Shown piece by piece: positions 63,190 through 64,000 of a DNA stretch of 64,000 nt. A program made the position numbers and the translations under genes. This stretch comes from Hoeflea sp. (GTDB lineage: Bacteria > Pseudomonadota > Alphaproteobacteria > Rhizobiales > Rhizobiaceae): assembly GCA_002707605.1 (NCBI GenBank), contig PANK01000012.1, forward strand, positions 6,731-70,730, given 5' to 3'. Every line of letters begins with the position of its first letter. Position 1 is the stretch's first letter. The notes beneath the pieces are model-generated. The model did no database searches. It was not told where the DNA came from and saw only the letters and a list, made by a program, of their open reading frames with translations.

Positions 63190-63227
63190 GGGGTCGGAAC
63201 AAGAACTGTTCTCACAGACACGTTAAG
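63190..63227 (+). repeat. 38-bp Tn3-family terminal inverted repeat
   Basis: GGGGTCGGAACAAGAACTGTTCTCACAGACACGTTAAG has the GGGG start and ACGTTAAG end typical of Tn3-family inverted repeats. tnpA begins about 120 bp inside it. Confidence 0.7.
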
Positions 63228-63348
63228 GGCGAACGAAGCACGAACGCGCGTGATAGATCTGTAGATGAAGCCGCGCGGCCGGTTGAAAGCGTTCGGTTGA
63301 TGCGAACCAATTTCCCCTTGGAGTTCAGTGTGCCAGGGGAGAACGCGA

Positions 63349-63743
63349 GTGGGTAGAAGAAGGCTTGTCAGGTCGACCGAAGCGGCAACGCTTCTGGGCA
63401 TAGCGGCGGACGAGGATAGCCTGATCCGTCACTTCACATTGGATCCGGCAGATCGTTTGGAATGCGAACTCCGCCGGCGGCCGCAGAACAAGTTGGGCTT
63501 CGCCGTTCAACTTTGCACGATGCGCCAAACGGGACGACTCTTGTGGGATAGGGAGCAGCCGCCCGTAGCAGTGATCAACTATCTCGCGGATCAGCTCGGT
63601 ATCGACGCACGCCTTTATGATCTCTATGCACGTCGGGTGCAGACGCGTTTCGATCACAGTCGGCATTTGATGGATTATCTCGGTCTGCGGACCGCCTCCA
63701 AACAGGATCGGCGTGTCCGCCGTCAGCACCAATGGCACAGATT
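63349..63743 (+). pseudogene. tnpA: Tn3-family transposase, N-terminal (DUF4158) fragment only
   Basis: VGRRRLVRSTEAATLLGIAADEDSLIRHFTLDPADRLECELRRRPQNKLGFAVQLCTMRQTGRLL. It is cut after about 130 aa by the next element. Confidence 0.65.
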
Positions 63744-64000
63744 TGAGGTTGTGATTTAAGGAGGATTTGGGCTTCGTCGTAGTGACGAAGGAACGAAGAT
63801 GAAGCCCAAATCCTCCTTGAAAAAATCGCCCTCCAAGGCTCCCGCGGAGCGGGTGGTGAAGGATATCCGGCGTGCGACGCGTCGGCACTTCTCGGCCGAA
63901 GACAAGATCCGGATCGTGCTGGAAGGCTTGCGCGGCGAGGACAGCATTGCCGAGCTGTGCCGCAAGGAAGGGATCGCCCAGAGCCTGTATTACACCTGGT
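63744..64000 (+). mobile_element. IS3-family insertion sequence, left end (continues beyond the window). The left boundary is approximate.
   Basis: It begins with TGAGGTTGTGATTT (a TG start, as in IS3 inverted repeats) and contains orfA. Confidence 0.6.
63799..64000 (+). CDS. IS3-family transposase OrfA, N-terminal part (edge-truncated, not in the ORF track)
   Basis: My own translation reads MKPKSSLKKSPSKAPAERVVKDIRRATRRHFSAEDKIRIVLEGLRGEDSIAELCRKEGIAQSLYYTW, a typical IS3 OrfA HTH region. Confidence 0.75.
   Translation, partial: MKPKSSLKKSPSKAPAERVVKDIRRATRRHFSAEDKIRIVLEGLRGEDSIAELCRKEGIAQSLYYTW

Noticed and set aside
1-64000. CRISPR arrays, tRNA, rRNA, retron-like or integron-like structures
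   Set aside because: I saw no regularly spaced direct repeats, no cloverleaf-type or rRNA-like sequence, and no attC-like arrays while reading the window. This was a visual scan only, not an exhaustive computation.

Overview
All family names below come from my own reading of the translated ORFs and the DNA. No database search was run.

The window looks like part of a GC-rich (roughly 60-65% by eye) Rhizobiales-type repABC plasmid or chromid. It carries a complete quorum-sensing-regulated, Ti/class-I-like conjugation system.

Gene order:
- 1-1.8 kb: an edge-truncated MHYT sensor gene and a decayed IS6 element.
- 1.9-3.8 kb: hipBA.
- 3.9-6.3 kb: a DUF1612-type gene divergent from a serine resolvase.
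- 6.6-10.4 kb: repC, repB and repA, with a candidate antisense ctRNA in the repB-repC spacer.
- 10.9-21.1 kb: the divergent trbBCDEJ(K)LFGHI operon, followed 2 nt later by a traR-like luxR gene.
- 21.2-23.3 kb: traM, traI (AHL synthase) and a second luxR.
- 23.8-31.4 kb: traB, traF and traA, an oriT-type palindrome, then traCDG.
- 31.9-50.7 kb: a ~19-kb block of establishment or anti-restriction-like genes, almost all on the minus strand. It holds DUF736, a PAPS-reductase-like gene coupled to ardC, a parB-like gene, a CoiA-like gene, a 1692-aa methylase-helicase, DUF3085, DUF1419 and a toprim gene. One low-GC, plus-strand Shedu-like (DUF4263) gene interrupts it.
- 51.0-59.6 kb: a sulfide/persulfide detoxification island with a translationally coupled Rrf2-Crp regulator pair.
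- 59.8-64.0 kb: peroxiredoxin, multicopper oxidase, and a cydA gene truncated by a Tn3-family end that is itself cut by an IS3-family element.

I saw no rRNA, tRNA or CRISPR array. Most long ORFs antisense to these genes are GC-driven shadow ORFs.

Nothing here can be shown to be novel from sequence alone. The items most worth follow-up are:
- the Shedu-like gene with an unrecognised N-terminal domain;
- the ardC/PAPS-reductase-like coupled pair;
- the long structured non-coding leaders in the minus-strand block;
- the CCCGGCAGA half-site palindromes at the repA-trbB, traI and oriT control regions;
- the AGTGACAWTGTCACT operator pair flanking the Rrf2-Crp regulators.
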